Source: Octopus vulgaris
Lineage: Eukaryota
Length of the DNA stretch: 64,000 nucleotides
Assembly: GCA_951406725.2 (NCBI GenBank)
Contig: OX597817.1
Coordinates: forward strand, 68,386,001 to 68,450,000
Direction: 5' to 3'
Every line of letters starts with the position of its first letter. Within the stretch, counting starts at the first letter, position 1. Below, piece after piece: positions 1-13,554 of the stretch. The notes under the pieces are model-generated. The model worked only from the letters and a program-made list of their open reading frames with translations. It was not told the origin of the DNA and did no database searches. Both the position numbers and the translations under genes were made by a program.

Positions 1-106
1 CATTCGCCATTTTGTATTGCCATCTTTAAAAGCAAACCAATCAATTTTATAGACATCAAAGAAAAACCTGCCGAACAGCTCTAGTAACACAGAAAGTGTA
101 AAATGG

Positions 107-820
107 AGAAGAAGAAGAAGAAGAAGAAGAAGAAGAAGAAGAAGAAGAAGAAGAAGAAGAAGAAGAAGAAGAAGAAGGAGAAGGAGAAGGAGAAGGAGAA
201 GAAGAAGAACAACAACAACAACAAGAAGAACAAGAAGAAAGAAAAAGAACAAAGAAAAAGAAGAAAAAAGAAGAAAAAGGGAGAAAAAGGGAGAAGAAGA
301 AAAGATGTAAAAAATGACGACAACGAAGCTGTTAAAGAAGACAGAGACAAAGATGTAACAAAAGAGATGAAGACAAGACAAAAGAAAAGCAGAGAAAATA
401 TAATTATAGTAGTGGTAGTCATTATTATTATTATTATTAGTAGTAGTAGTAGTATTAGTAGTAGTAGTAGTAGTATTACATTTATGATGATGATGATGAT
501 GACGATGATGATGATGACGATGATGATGATGACGATGATGATGATTACAAGTATGATGATGGTGATTACGATTATGACGATGATAACGATGATGATAATG
601 AAAACGATGATGATAATGATGATGATGATGATGAGGGGGAGGAGGAGGACGGCAATCATAATGATTTTGATGATGGCAGCTGTGGTGTTAGTGTTAGTGC
701 TAGTGTTAGTGTTAGTGGTGATGGTGATGGTGATGATGTTACTACTGTTACTGTTGATGACTTTGACGAAGACGAAAAATATTGTCACTACGATAGAGAT
801 GAAGAAGACGAAGAAGAAAA
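107..820. repeat. Compound trinucleotide microsatellite / low-complexity tract: (GAA)n, (AAC)n, (ATT)n, (AGT)n, (GAT)n
   Basis: Directly visible; explains the poly-K/I/M/F ORFs 81..788 and 103..1011. Confidence 0.95.
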
Positions 821-1745
821 AGAGCGCTTTTAGAGAGATGGATATTTTATTATGTCTTTGTATTATTTATCTAAGAGAAGGGTTAGTTAGCACCGTGTTT
901 GCATCAAACTGTGTCTATTATGAAATGATTGGATCAATAATTCATCCATTTATTTTTCATTTATTTATTTATTTATTATTTCTCTTTTTTTACTTGTCTA
1001 TTTTATTTTAGGTTGCTATTAACGTAACTCGGATTTTATCAATACTAAGTTATATATAATTTTGTATTTTTTTAATTTATTTATCTTTGTTTTTGTTTCT
1101 CCATTTTTATTCTTCCTGTCTTTTGTGTATTTACGCTTTTTATTTCTTTTTCGTTTTTCTTTTTCATTTCTCTACCTTCCTTTCTTTTATTTCTCGCTGT
1201 TTCTTTACCCTCTCCCCCACCTCTCACTATCCATTCTTCCTTCCTTGCTAGCTTCTTTTCTGGCTTCTATTATTTCCTTCTTTCCACAGTACTCCATCAA
1301 TTATTTTCTTTCTTGATTTTTTCCTAAAGACGCAGGCGAACTTTATTATTATTATTATTATTTTTTGTTTTTGTTTTTGTCATCGTTGTCGCTGTCGGCT
1401 GTTGATATTGTTGTTACTGTTGTTGTTGCTGTAAATTTGATGATTTCATTGTCTGGTGATTATGAATGATTATTTCCAGCGATTTCAGCGCTTGCCGCAG
1501 ACAGATTTGAGACCTTATTCCTCCCCATCAAAATGTTTTAGAATCCGTTTTTTTTTTTTGTATGCTGTTTTCTTAATTATTTCCTCAAACTATATCCTTC
1601 ACATTGGAACTGATCGGACAAAATAGCAACATTGTTCCCCTCTTTTCTTTCTTCCAATTAATATCGAGTATTTTCTATATATATTTTTAGTGAGGTTCAA
1701 ACCTGGGAGGTTTTCTGATAGTCTGATGCATTTTCGTATTATGAA

Positions 1746-1747
<2 letters not shown>

Positions 1748-1804
<57 letters not shown>

Positions 1805-1840
1805 TAATCATAAAAATAGTAATATTGATAATAATAATAA
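1748..1840. repeat. (AAT)n microsatellite
   Basis: Directly visible; abuts the R4/Dong-like fragment at 1842. Confidence 0.95.
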
Positions 1841-1841
1841 T

Positions 1842-2680
1842 TGGACACAATTGGCCTAGACACCTACCTGAAGAACTCTGACGACTGAATGTTAAAACGT
1901 GTCTCAAAGCATGGAAACAAGAAAGACTCATACTCAGTAACAAAACAGACAAAGGAATATCTAAGTGAATTCCAAATACAGCAAATTCCAGAATTATACG
2001 TACTAGAAACAAGTACAGAATAAGCTAAGCGTATGAAAACCCGTACTAAAACTACTATCTTAGATATTCTTACTGATAAATGGTAGGAAAAACCTCTCAA
2101 TGGCAAATACCCAACGAGAGCTAATAATGCTGATGTTGACAAAGCCCTTACCCATCAATACTTAGTGTCTTCTGGCTTAAAATCAGAAACAAGATCAATG
2201 CCTACCTACAGGAAACTACCAGGCCAACATATTAAAGAACAGCAGCAACCCAACATGTCGCGTATGTCAAAAAAAATGAATCCATTGATCATGTTGTCTC
2301 CATGTGCAGTCTTCTTGCGCCTATAGCGTATCTCAACAGGCATTATAAAGCAACACAATATATTCACTGGGTAATTTGCAAAAACCTTGACCTGCCCCAT
2401 GATAAAAACTGGTGGGAACACAAACCACCTCCAGTGCTTGAAATTGATCGCATCTTACTCCTCTGGAACTTCACCATTCAAACTGACAGAAAGATAAATG
2501 CGAATAGTCTAGACATTATATTGAAAGACTTCAGACAAAAATAATGCCTCCTCATTGATTTGACTGTCCCAATCGATATAAACGTATCTGTCAAGACCTA
2601 CAAAAAACAGAGCAAATATACAGATCTTGAAATAGAAATCAGCAAAATGTGGAACATCAAGACTAAAACAATACCAAATC
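1842..2680 (+). mobile_element. R4/Dong-clade non-LTR retrotransposon, C-terminal fragment (zinc knuckle + restriction-like endonuclease), decayed
   Basis: Translation across stops and frameshifts: KW*EKPLNGKY...VDKALTHQYLVSSGLKSET, CSLLAPIAYLNRH...IHWVICK, LLWNFTIQTDRKINANSLDII...CLLIDLTVP...SKYTDLEIEISKMW. This matches the RLE-type PD..D..KY pattern. Confidence 0.85.
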
Positions 2681-4172
2681 AAATCACTGTACAATCATAA
2701 TATATGACTATGTCCCGAAGCAGCTTCTCCTTGAAACTGAAACAGATTTACTTTCATTAAACCACCTTATATACTCAACATCTATTTCTGCCATACAAAA
2801 AAGAAGGCTCACAAAAAGCACACTATTATCCAAGGTGGAAAGAGCGTATAAATAAGGAAATCTAGAGCGTTTAACGGGAATTATCGATCTTAAACGAACT
2901 CTCCAAAAGAAATAATGTAAATACGAGAATGGCTAGAAAGATAAAGTGAAAAAACAATCTAATAAACGTGAATGAAGGGCTGAGAGCAAAAAGAGATGGT
3001 TTTGCAAAAAATGCAGACTAAGACCCAGCGCTTACGCAGGTATGAAGAGAGAAACAAATTTTACAGACATAATGAGATATTTAAAACTGATTTAAGAAAT
3101 TCTACAGATAGTTAGGGATATAGTCAATCGAAGTAAAAGACCCGCCTAATATGAAAGAAGTAGTGACATTTTGGAAAAGTATGGAGCGATAGAAAGGGAA
3201 CAAGGAAGCTGAATGGGTAGGGAGAGAAGAAGAGAGAATGGCCAAGATTGAAGAAGAGGGATGGAACGATATTATAATTAACACAATTTCTATCTAAACT
3301 CAATTTCTATGTTAACTCAATTTCTATCTAAAGCTCATAAGTGAAGTCTCCTAACATGATAAAATCCCAAACTTCTGGCTTCATCATCGCACCGCCAGTT
3401 AATGGAATATTTCTCTAACATCATCAAAACTCCAAAAATAATCCAATCTGACTAACAATAGGGATAACATATCTACTCCTTAAAACAAGTGACACAAAAC
3501 CCCAAAATCTACAGGCCGAGCACTTATTTGACAATCATATACAAAATACTTACACCCCTCTTCACTGAAAGGACCTATCAATTTCTCGATGAAAACAACG
3601 TACTTCACTTTCAACAAAAAGGGTGCGAAAGGAACTTCTACAAAGAGTTGCAAAGATCAGCTATTAATAAATTATCTGATACTCGAAAATTATTCGTCCA
3701 AAAATCGAAATCTTAGAATATAATGGATTGAATATCGTGAGACATTTCACAGTGTCCCATATAGCTGGATCTTAAAGGCACTAAATATATATAGGATCGC
3801 TCCTTTCTTAAAAGGAATTTACTGTGTAGTATGGACTGTGGAACACAAAATTATTTCTCAGCCACGAAAAACGCTCGTATGTGTCAGAGAGCATCAAAAT
3901 AGATCGTGGAATATTCCAGGGCGATTCACTTTTCTATCTCCCCTTCTGTCTTACTGTCCTACGAGCTGAATAAAACAAATTACTGTTACAAAATGTTTGA
4001 CAAGATCATCTCACACTTGCTCTACGGGGATGATCTGAAATTATATGCAAAAGATTACAAGGATCTGAAAGGGCTACTAGTAACTGTGAAAAAATTCAGT
4101 GATGACAACGATATGGAATTTGGCCTTGGCAAGTGTGCAAAAGCTTCGTTCAAACGTGGTAAAACTGACAGT
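2681..4172 (+). mobile_element. R4/Dong-clade retrotransposon, N-terminal region + reverse transcriptase fragment, decayed
   Basis: PRWKERINKEI, QRLRRYEERNKFYRHNEIF, DKIPNFWL, YRPSTYLTIIYKILT, QQKGC, SVPYSWI, GIFQGDS, ISHLLYGDDLKLYAK, MEFGLGKCAK; many frameshifts. Confidence 0.85.
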
Positions 4173-4637
4173 TAATACCATGACCCAACTGCGGAAGCGA
4201 AACCGTGTGTGTTGGATTTGTCTTTCGCCTTTGTACTTGTATTTTATTCGTTGTTCTTGTTGGTGTTCATGGCGGTGGTGGCGTTGGCGGTGTTTTCTCT
4301 ATTATTTTCTTTTTCTATGTTAATAGTGGTGCTGCTGCTGTTAGTGGTGTTGATACTGGTGTCGTTGTTTGTGCTGTTCAGAATAGGGAATCCTCGAGGC
4401 CGTCATAACAGCCACTGCTACTCCCCTTGACAAACGAAACCATCTTGTTTTTCGTTAGACGAAAACCAAAAAATAGTTAAGGACCAAAATGTTCAAAATT
4501 GCTCCTAAAAGGGCGGGCCTTCAACAAGGAACCCCTTAAAGTCAACAAGAAGGGTTCAACAATATCAACATTAGAAGCAAAAATCCAACAACCTTCAAAA
4601 GAAAACGACAACAAAATTTCCAACTTATGAGCTCAAG

Positions 4638-4940
4638 TAACCGCTCTTCATCGAATTCAACTGGACGGCCAGAAAGAGGCGCGTCTTTGAAGTAAAAATT
4701 TCCATTTTTGAAATTGGCTTACCAATCACGAGCGGTTCTTGCAGCTATGGCACCCTCTCCATAGACAGCACAAACTTGATTAAAAGCAAAAAGAAGGAGG
4801 TGTCGAAAATGCTCGTTTTTCTTAACTTGACATTCCATTTTAATGGTCTGAAAATAAACAAAAATTAACTAAAATTAACTAGAAAAAAAATTGATTCCAA
4901 AATGATTCAAAAACAGAATTCTCGAGAAAAATAGATTCGA
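4638..4940 (-). mobile_element. Mariner transposon 5' fragment (same family as 13551-14817)
   Basis: Clear nucleotide similarity to about 14435-14740 (ccgctcttcatcgaa..ctggacggccaga..gcgtctttga; ttaactaaaattaactagaaa), with an internal deletion. Confidence 0.85.
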
Positions 4941-4945
4941 ACAAC

Positions 4946-4947
<2 letters not shown>

Positions 4948-4991
<44 letters not shown>

Positions 4992-5068
4992 GGAAGAAGA
5001 AGAAGAAGAAGAAGAAGAAGAAGAAGAAGAAGAAGAAGAAGAAGAAGAAGAAAATGATGATGATGATG
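4948..5068. repeat. (AAT)n-(GAA)n-(GAT)n compound microsatellite
   Basis: Directly visible. Confidence 0.95.
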
Positions 5069-5099
5069 AACACAATTGTTAGGTTAACTTAATACCACA

Positions 5100-6292
5100 T
5101 GACTGGTCTAAAGTTTGTCTTTTAAAGAAGCTTTTATGTACATTTTGAAATTTAATTGTTGTTCAGTCCTTATGTAATGAAGTAAGGTATTTGGCTGAAG
5201 AGATGGTAACTAGTTAACCGACATATAACGCGTCAAAATTGGCCTTGAGAATATCGAACCATTTCGCAACTTTTCGCGACGTTAATAAATACCAAGCTAT
5301 AGGACTTAGCAAACTTATCTGGCGTTTGAAGAACGCGAATTCAGTTTTTAGGCTGGAATGGTCGATTTTGTCGGTGGCCCTCCCGTTTGATAGGGGCAGA
5401 AGGATGTGTAATCTTTGTAACTCTGAGCTTTTCCACATATTGTTCGCCAGAGGCCGTTTGGTAAACGGGCTTTTACAGACGGCTTTCGATGTCCCCATTG
5501 GCGGCGTCATACTTATCTTACATATAAATGATACCTAAGACAATTAACACCTTGTTACCCTATTAAAATAAAAATAACTTTTGGAAAAAACTTTTTAAAA
5601 AATCTCTGAATAACTCTTGCAAGGGGAAATTACTCCTCTTAGGCGATTGGTCGGTTTTTTAGAAGCAAACGCTGGAATTATATACCCTCCTGATTCTTTG
5701 ACGATGATAATTTTAGACAAGCAAGCCACAGACGGACACACGAACACAGAATTATTTCAGCCGCCTGACAGGCTTTTTCCAGCAGTGCTCATTATCTAGC
5801 GCCCCTCGCCAACAAACGGCGGCGCACACATAGGCTAGTATACACATACATGCTTTTAGGTAGGTATTGTCTCGCCCCTAAAAAATTACACCCTGTATTC
5901 TTAAAATATTCAGAACATTAGCTTTGGTCACACAGAACATCTCCACACCCCTTGTTCTCATTAATTCCTCACCTACTAGATTTGACCGCAGCCTGACCTC
6001 GATTTATTCCAACGGACCCTTTGTCGGCCCCCACCAATCCCCCGATTTCAACGTACATTGATAAACATTTTACCCATGGGCTCTTAAGGAGCGTCCACGT
6101 TCGAATTGCTTTGCTGCGCCTCTGTTTTGTTTTGTTCTGACAACGTAATTCCTGGTTTTTCCTGAAGAGAAAGCTGCAATATGGTATCCTTATTTAATCA
6201 GAATTTGGAAAATTGTGGCCTTTGAAACATGTGTAGAATGTAATAAAAGGAATTCTGTACAATCTTCGTTCAACTCCATTTCTTCCATTCAC

Positions 6293-6297
<5 letters not shown>
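5100..6297 (+). mobile_element. Penelope-like element 3' portion: GIY-YIG endonuclease relic, 3' region and terminal repeat with hammerhead motif
   Basis: ORF 5239..5538 reads LRISNHFATFR...GLSKLIWRLK...LEWSIL..A.PF...RMCNLCNSELFHI, the C-terminal half of a PLE-type GIY-YIG domain. A hammerhead motif lies on the same strand at 6159-6238, and the element ends at (TA)n. Confidence 0.7.
6159..6238 (+). ncRNA. Putative type I hammerhead ribozyme (intact core, long stem II)
   Basis: ttc-CTGAAGA(6162-6168)-gaaagctgcaat...attgtggccttt-GAAA(6224-6227)-catgtg-TA-gaa: 3-bp stem I, imperfect stem II of about 11 bp, near-palindromic stem III, GUA cleavage triplet. Confidence 0.6.
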
Positions 6298-6360
<63 letters not shown>

Positions 6361-6371
<11 letters not shown>

Positions 6372-6580
6372 CTTTTTGCCTGTGTTTGTTCCCCCCATCA
6401 CCACTTGACAACAGGTCTTGGTGTGTTTACGTCCCCGTAACTTAGTGGTTCGGCAAAAGAGACTGATAGAATAAGTACCTGGCTTAAAAAGTAAGTACTG
6501 GGATCGATTCCTTCTACTAAAAACATTTGAGGTGGTGCTCCAGCATGACCACTGTCAAGTGACTAAAACAAGAAAAGAAG
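6361..6580 (+). mobile_element. SINE (family A), 3' half
   Basis: cttgacaac..ggtgtgtttacgtccccgtaacttagtggttcggcaaaagagac..gatagaataagtac and tail ggtggtgctccagcatg..c; homologous to 27051-27423, 47175-47624 and 59358-59712. Confidence 0.85.
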
Positions 6581-7307
6581 AACGTATATTTAAACATTAT
6601 CGACCGCACATACTTCACCTGTAGCCAATGTGTATTTGCCAGTAGGCTGCGATTTAGTGTGGTGGAGATTACTCTCTCAAAGTGCTGGCTGTTAAAACAC
6701 ATGGAAGTCAGGGACTTCAGTTCGGGTATGTGATGTTGTCAAGCCACAAAAAACAGCGAACCCCATCTAGAAATACATCGATGCCACCAATATATTTGTA
6801 CGGTGGTAAAAATAATGTCATGAATAGATAATGTTTTCGTGTTTGTTCCATGGTTAGAATTATTCAAAGCGTCTGCTATATATATCATTTTTTTCAACAC
6901 ATTTTTAGTCACTTCAGTAATGTATTCACAATGGAAACACGAAGAGGAGTAAACCAGTATTTTAAAATGAACAATTACAGCTCTTTCTAGAGCGTCTTCA
7001 CTTCTTTGCATAAAGATAAAACTAATAAATAACAGCTCTCAAGATATAAGTGATGAAAAGTGTACAATAAAAAAAATAATTTTCAAATATGTTCTCTCCT
7101 ATGACTGCATCTTCAGTATTACCTGTGTGGTATAAACTATTTAAGAACAAATACAATTTAAAAGCAAACAATTCACGTATTTCATGGCTCTCTATATAAA
7201 TTTTCTTTCCAAAAATCCGACACCTTTCAAAATACGATTACATTTCAGCGGGTACAGCTAATACATACGTATATGTTTATATAGGTTTATTGTTACTATT
7301 ACTATAT

Positions 7308-9254
<1,947 letters not shown>

Positions 9255-10932
9255 CAAACATTACTCTGCTGTAGGCCCTGATAGATTTCCCGCTAGTCTC
9301 CTGAAGGAATGTAGATATCAACTTGCAGTCCCTCTGACCAACCTCCGGAGAAACTCGTTAGACGCAGGTTATATACCGAAACAGTTTCTATCCCAGTCGG
9401 TCATCCCGGTTTTCAAACAGGGAAACAGATCCCTCGCAGTCAACTATCGCCCAATCTCACTCACCTCCCACATCATTAAAGTGTTTGAAAGAGTGTTAAG
9501 ATCAAGGATAGCTGACTTCCTGGAGATCCACAAACTCCTAAATTCAAATCAGCATGGCTTTCGCTGTGGCAGGGACTGTCTAACACAGCTCTTACACCAC
9601 ATTGAAGATGTACTCAAAGCCTTGGGAACAGGTTCGAACTCTGACGTCATATATCTTTACTTCAGTAAAGCGTTCGACAGGGTAGACAATAACATCCTAC
9701 TCTCAAAATTGGCAAATGTTGGAATCCGTAGAAAAGTTCTACACTGGATACAGTATTTCCTGGCGAATAGAACACAACATGTTGTAGTTGATGGAGTCCA
9801 CTCAAACCGAGCAAAAGTCACCAGCGGTGTTCCCCAGGAAACTGTTTTGGGTCCGCTACTCTTCATAATTTACGTAAACGACCTTTCCAGTGTCGTACAT
9901 CACTGCAAAGTGAAAATATTCGCTGATGACACTAAGCTCCAGCAAATCGTCAATGAAGAAGCAGACCGAACTCAACTCCAGTCTGATCTATATGCTGTGA
10001 GTCAATGGGCAGACAGAAACAAAATGCAACTGAATGAGGGAAAATTTGAGCTGATGCATTTTGGAAGAAATTCCTCAATAAAACAACCATACTCTCTTCC
10101 TTCAGGGGAACCGCTCACAGCCTCTAACAATATCAGAGACCTGGGTGTAATTGTTGATGACGATCTCAGTTGGAGTGCACACATCAACAAGAAGGTCGAT
10201 ATAGCTCGTAGGATGAGTTCCTGGATCTTAAGAACTTTCCAGTCCAGAGAACAAGGTGTCATGATACCACTTTTTCCTCCTTTGTACGGCCACACCTTGA
10301 ATACTGCTGCCCACTGTGGTCTCCTCACACAAGACAAAACATCTCCAGAATTGAGTCACCCCAGAGGGCTCTCACTAAACAAATTGAAGGCATGGCTGCT
10401 CTCGATGATTGGGATCGCCTTAAAGCCTTGAAACTTTACTCCCTCCAGCGTCGCCGTGAGCGGTACATCATTTGTACGATGTGGAAAATATACCGCCAAC
10501 TTTGCCCAAACGACCTAAACATTAGCTTCAAGGTTCATCCAAGACTTGGACCACGGGCTATACGTCCCCTGCCAAATTCAAGATCACAACATACATGTAC
10601 ACTGCAACATAATTTCTTTTCCTCAACAGGCCCTGCCATATTTAACATTGTCCCGAGGGAGATCAAAGAGGAAAAGGATCCCATCAACTTTAAACAGAGT
10701 CTGGATAGATTCCTTCAAAGAATACCAGATAAGCCACCCATGATTGGATACAACTCACCCAACAAGAACTCACTACTTGAACAAAACTGGATACAACTCA
10801 CCCAACAAGAACTCACTACTTGAACAAAACTTGACTTAAACAGGATTCGAATAATCCTATCAGGTGGTGCTATTAAGTTAGACATGGCCTGAACCAATCT
10901 CTGGTCGAAACATATCTAAGTTTTCTAAGTTT
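9255..10932 (+). mobile_element. CR1-like LINE, 5'-truncated (RT + C-terminus + 3' UTR), frameshifted
   Basis: [80 protein letters not shown]; 3' end catggcc..gaaacatatCTAAGttttCTAAG. Internal 43-bp tandem duplication at 10746-10788/10789-10831. Confidence 0.92.
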
Positions 10933-10944
10933 TATATGTATATA

Positions 10945-12043
10945 ATAAAACAGTACTGGGAGAATGAAGCGAACGAATCGAAACGAACCCGGCGCGAAGG
11001 CGCTGTCAAACAATAGTGTAATAGATAAAATATATGCATACATACAAACATATATGTACGTACCTACATCTACATGTATATATACATGCATGAGTTCTAC
11101 GTCTAGTTGTGGTGTCCTGTACTCACGCGTATATATTTCTATATGCATGTATATATACATGTAGATGTAGGTACGTACATATATGTTTGTATGTATGCAT
11201 ATATTTTATCTATTACACTATTGTTTGACAGCGCCTTCGCGTCGGGTTCGTTTCGATTCGTTCGCTTCGTTCCGTTCTTCATTCTCCCAGTACTGTTTTA
11301 TATATAATTATGACGCGAAATTCTCTTCTCTTTGCTTTACCTTCCCCTCTCTCTCTCTCACTCTTCCTCATCTCTCTCTCAGCCGCTTGTCTTCCTCTAT
11401 CTCTCTCTCTCTCACTCCTCCTCATCTTTGTCACTGCTAGCCAAAACCACTTCCTTTTACACGCGGCTTTCAAACTGTAAAGACACACATCTGTGCTCCC
11501 ATGCGCTGCTAGAATTTACTCGTCTAAGCCAGAAAAAAGGCCTTTTCGTTTGTTTTCTTGTTTGTTTTCTTGTTTCTTTTTATTTCTCGTATTGTATTTT
11601 CTTTTTATTTCTCGTATTGTATTTTCTTGTACATGTATTTTATCTTGTATTTTATTTTGTAGTTTTATTTGTATCGTTTTTACGTCCTGTTTGTGTTACA
11701 TTTTTTCTTGCTTGTGTTTACCCCTCTGCGAGGTAATTTTATTTTAATACTCTCGCAGGAAGTACTAGTTTGGCGAGTCGTGTCCTGTCGTGCCTTCGAA
11801 ACACGCTAGAGTCGAACTAGTGACAGCTGATGATAGGGGATTTTCCTTGTCTAGTATGTACTGTACTGTTTTTCTGTTGTAAAAAAATGGCTTTTCCTTT
11901 TTCGTTTCTCGTTGAGTTCTACGTCTAGTTGTGGTGTCCTGTACTCACGTATATATATTTATATATGCATGTATATATACATGTAGATGTAGGTACGTAC
12001 ATATATGTTTGTATGTATGCATATATTTTATCTATTACACTAT
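10945..12043 (+). mobile_element. Non-coding element with direct terminal repeats plus an upstream inverted arm (PLE-like architecture)
   Basis: Direct repeats of about 131 bp at 11091-11221 and 11913-12043. 10945-11091 is a near-perfect inverted copy of 11143-11301 (one 12-bp indel). Ends in (TA)n. Confidence 0.7.
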
Positions 12044-12046
12044 ATG

Positions 12047-12094
<48 letters not shown>

Positions 12095-12095
12095 A

Positions 12096-12175
<80 letters not shown>

Positions 12176-13487
12176 ATATCCTTAAATCCTTTAAAATGTT
12201 TAAGTCCGAAGGCCGCGGCCATGCTGGGGCACCACCGCTGAATGAGCTACACTAATATACATGGCACTTGATCAACAAGGGAGTTCGATGCTGCTGCCCG
12301 CATCTGCGTCTCCTGTCGTGAGGTAAGTTCATCTGGGACTCCCGACAAGAAGAGATCCAGTTTAGTTTTAAAGAAACCCACATCCACACCATGTAAGTCT
12401 CTCAGGTATTTAGGGAGGATGTTAAAGAGCTGTGGTCCTCTGAAATCCAAGCTGTTGCAGTATCTGGTCCTGTATTTTGATGGTGATGTTGGAATCTTTG
12501 GCACCATGCAGTGACGCCCCGTTCTGCGGTTGGGGTAACTTTGAATGCCAAAGTTTGGGACAAGACCCTCCAGGATTTTCCAGATGTATATCACCGCATA
12601 TCTCTCCCGCCTCCGCTCTAGGGAGAAGAGGTTTAATACTTTCAGTCTTTCCCAGTAGCTGATATTTTGCATTGAGACGATCTTCTTTGTGCAGCTTCTC
12701 TGAATTGCTTCGAGTTCTGCTGTTAGTTTTATATTGTGTGGTGACCATAGTTGGGAGCAGTAGTCCAAGCGGCTGAGGACGAATGTTTTCCAGAGGACCA
12801 TCAGTGTCTCCTTCTCTCTTGTTCTGAAAGTTCGGAGAATCCATCCAGCTAGCCGTCTGCATTTTATCACCAGATTAGTAATATGCACTTGGAAAGATGC
12901 ATCATTGCTCATGTCAACGCCTAGGTCACGCACTGATTTTGACTCAGGGATTGCAATTCTTCCTGGGCCAGTATATCCAGTCTGCACGTCGTTTACCTTT
13001 GTGTGCCGGTAGCGCAGGGCCTGGAACTTACCTGCATTAAACTGCATGTTGTTGCCCTCCGCTCACCTGTATATTTTATCCAACTCCTGTTGCAGATGCG
13101 CAATATTTTCAGGGTTTTGTATTGTGTGGGATACTTTTGTGCCATCTGCATAGCTAGCAAGGGTGGCCATCGTAGCAACTGAAGGTATGTCTGAAAGGGC
13201 CACTATGAACAGCAGTGGCCCCAAAATAGTGCCCTGTGGAACACCGCTTGTTATTTGTGTTTCCTTGGAGGTGGATCCATTGCTCATAACTGCCTGTCTT
13301 CTGTCTTTTAGGAAGTTGTGCAGCCACTCTCCAAGTTTTCCGCTTATGCCGAGACCACGCAGTTCGTGACAGATCGTCAACTTTATCAAAGTCTTTTGCA
13401 AATTCGAGATATATTACATCCACATTTGAGCCATTTAGTAGCTGTTTTAACACCTAGTCATAGTGTTGCAGGAGCTGTGTTAGGCAG

Positions 13488-13490
<3 letters not shown>
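12176..13490 (-). mobile_element. CR1-like LINE (second family), 5'-truncated, frameshifted
   Basis: SCLTQLLQHY, EFAKDFDKVD, SGVPQGTILGPLLF, YADGTK, MQFNAGKFQ, RDLGVDMS, RLDYCSQLWSP, LFSLERRRERY; 3' tail ggtggtgccccagcatggccgc...aaggatttaagga. Confidence 0.92.

Positions 13491-13550
<60 letters not shown>

Positions 13551-13554
<4 letters not shown>

Noticed and set aside
81-1011. Long ORFs on both strands (235 and 302 aa)
   Set aside because: Homopolymeric translations of trinucleotide microsatellites; no domain or splice evidence.
11790-11845. Possible type II hammerhead (GAAA...CTGATGA)
   Set aside because: U16.1 is missing, no stem I can form and the 10.1-11.1 pair fails; not called as a ribozyme.
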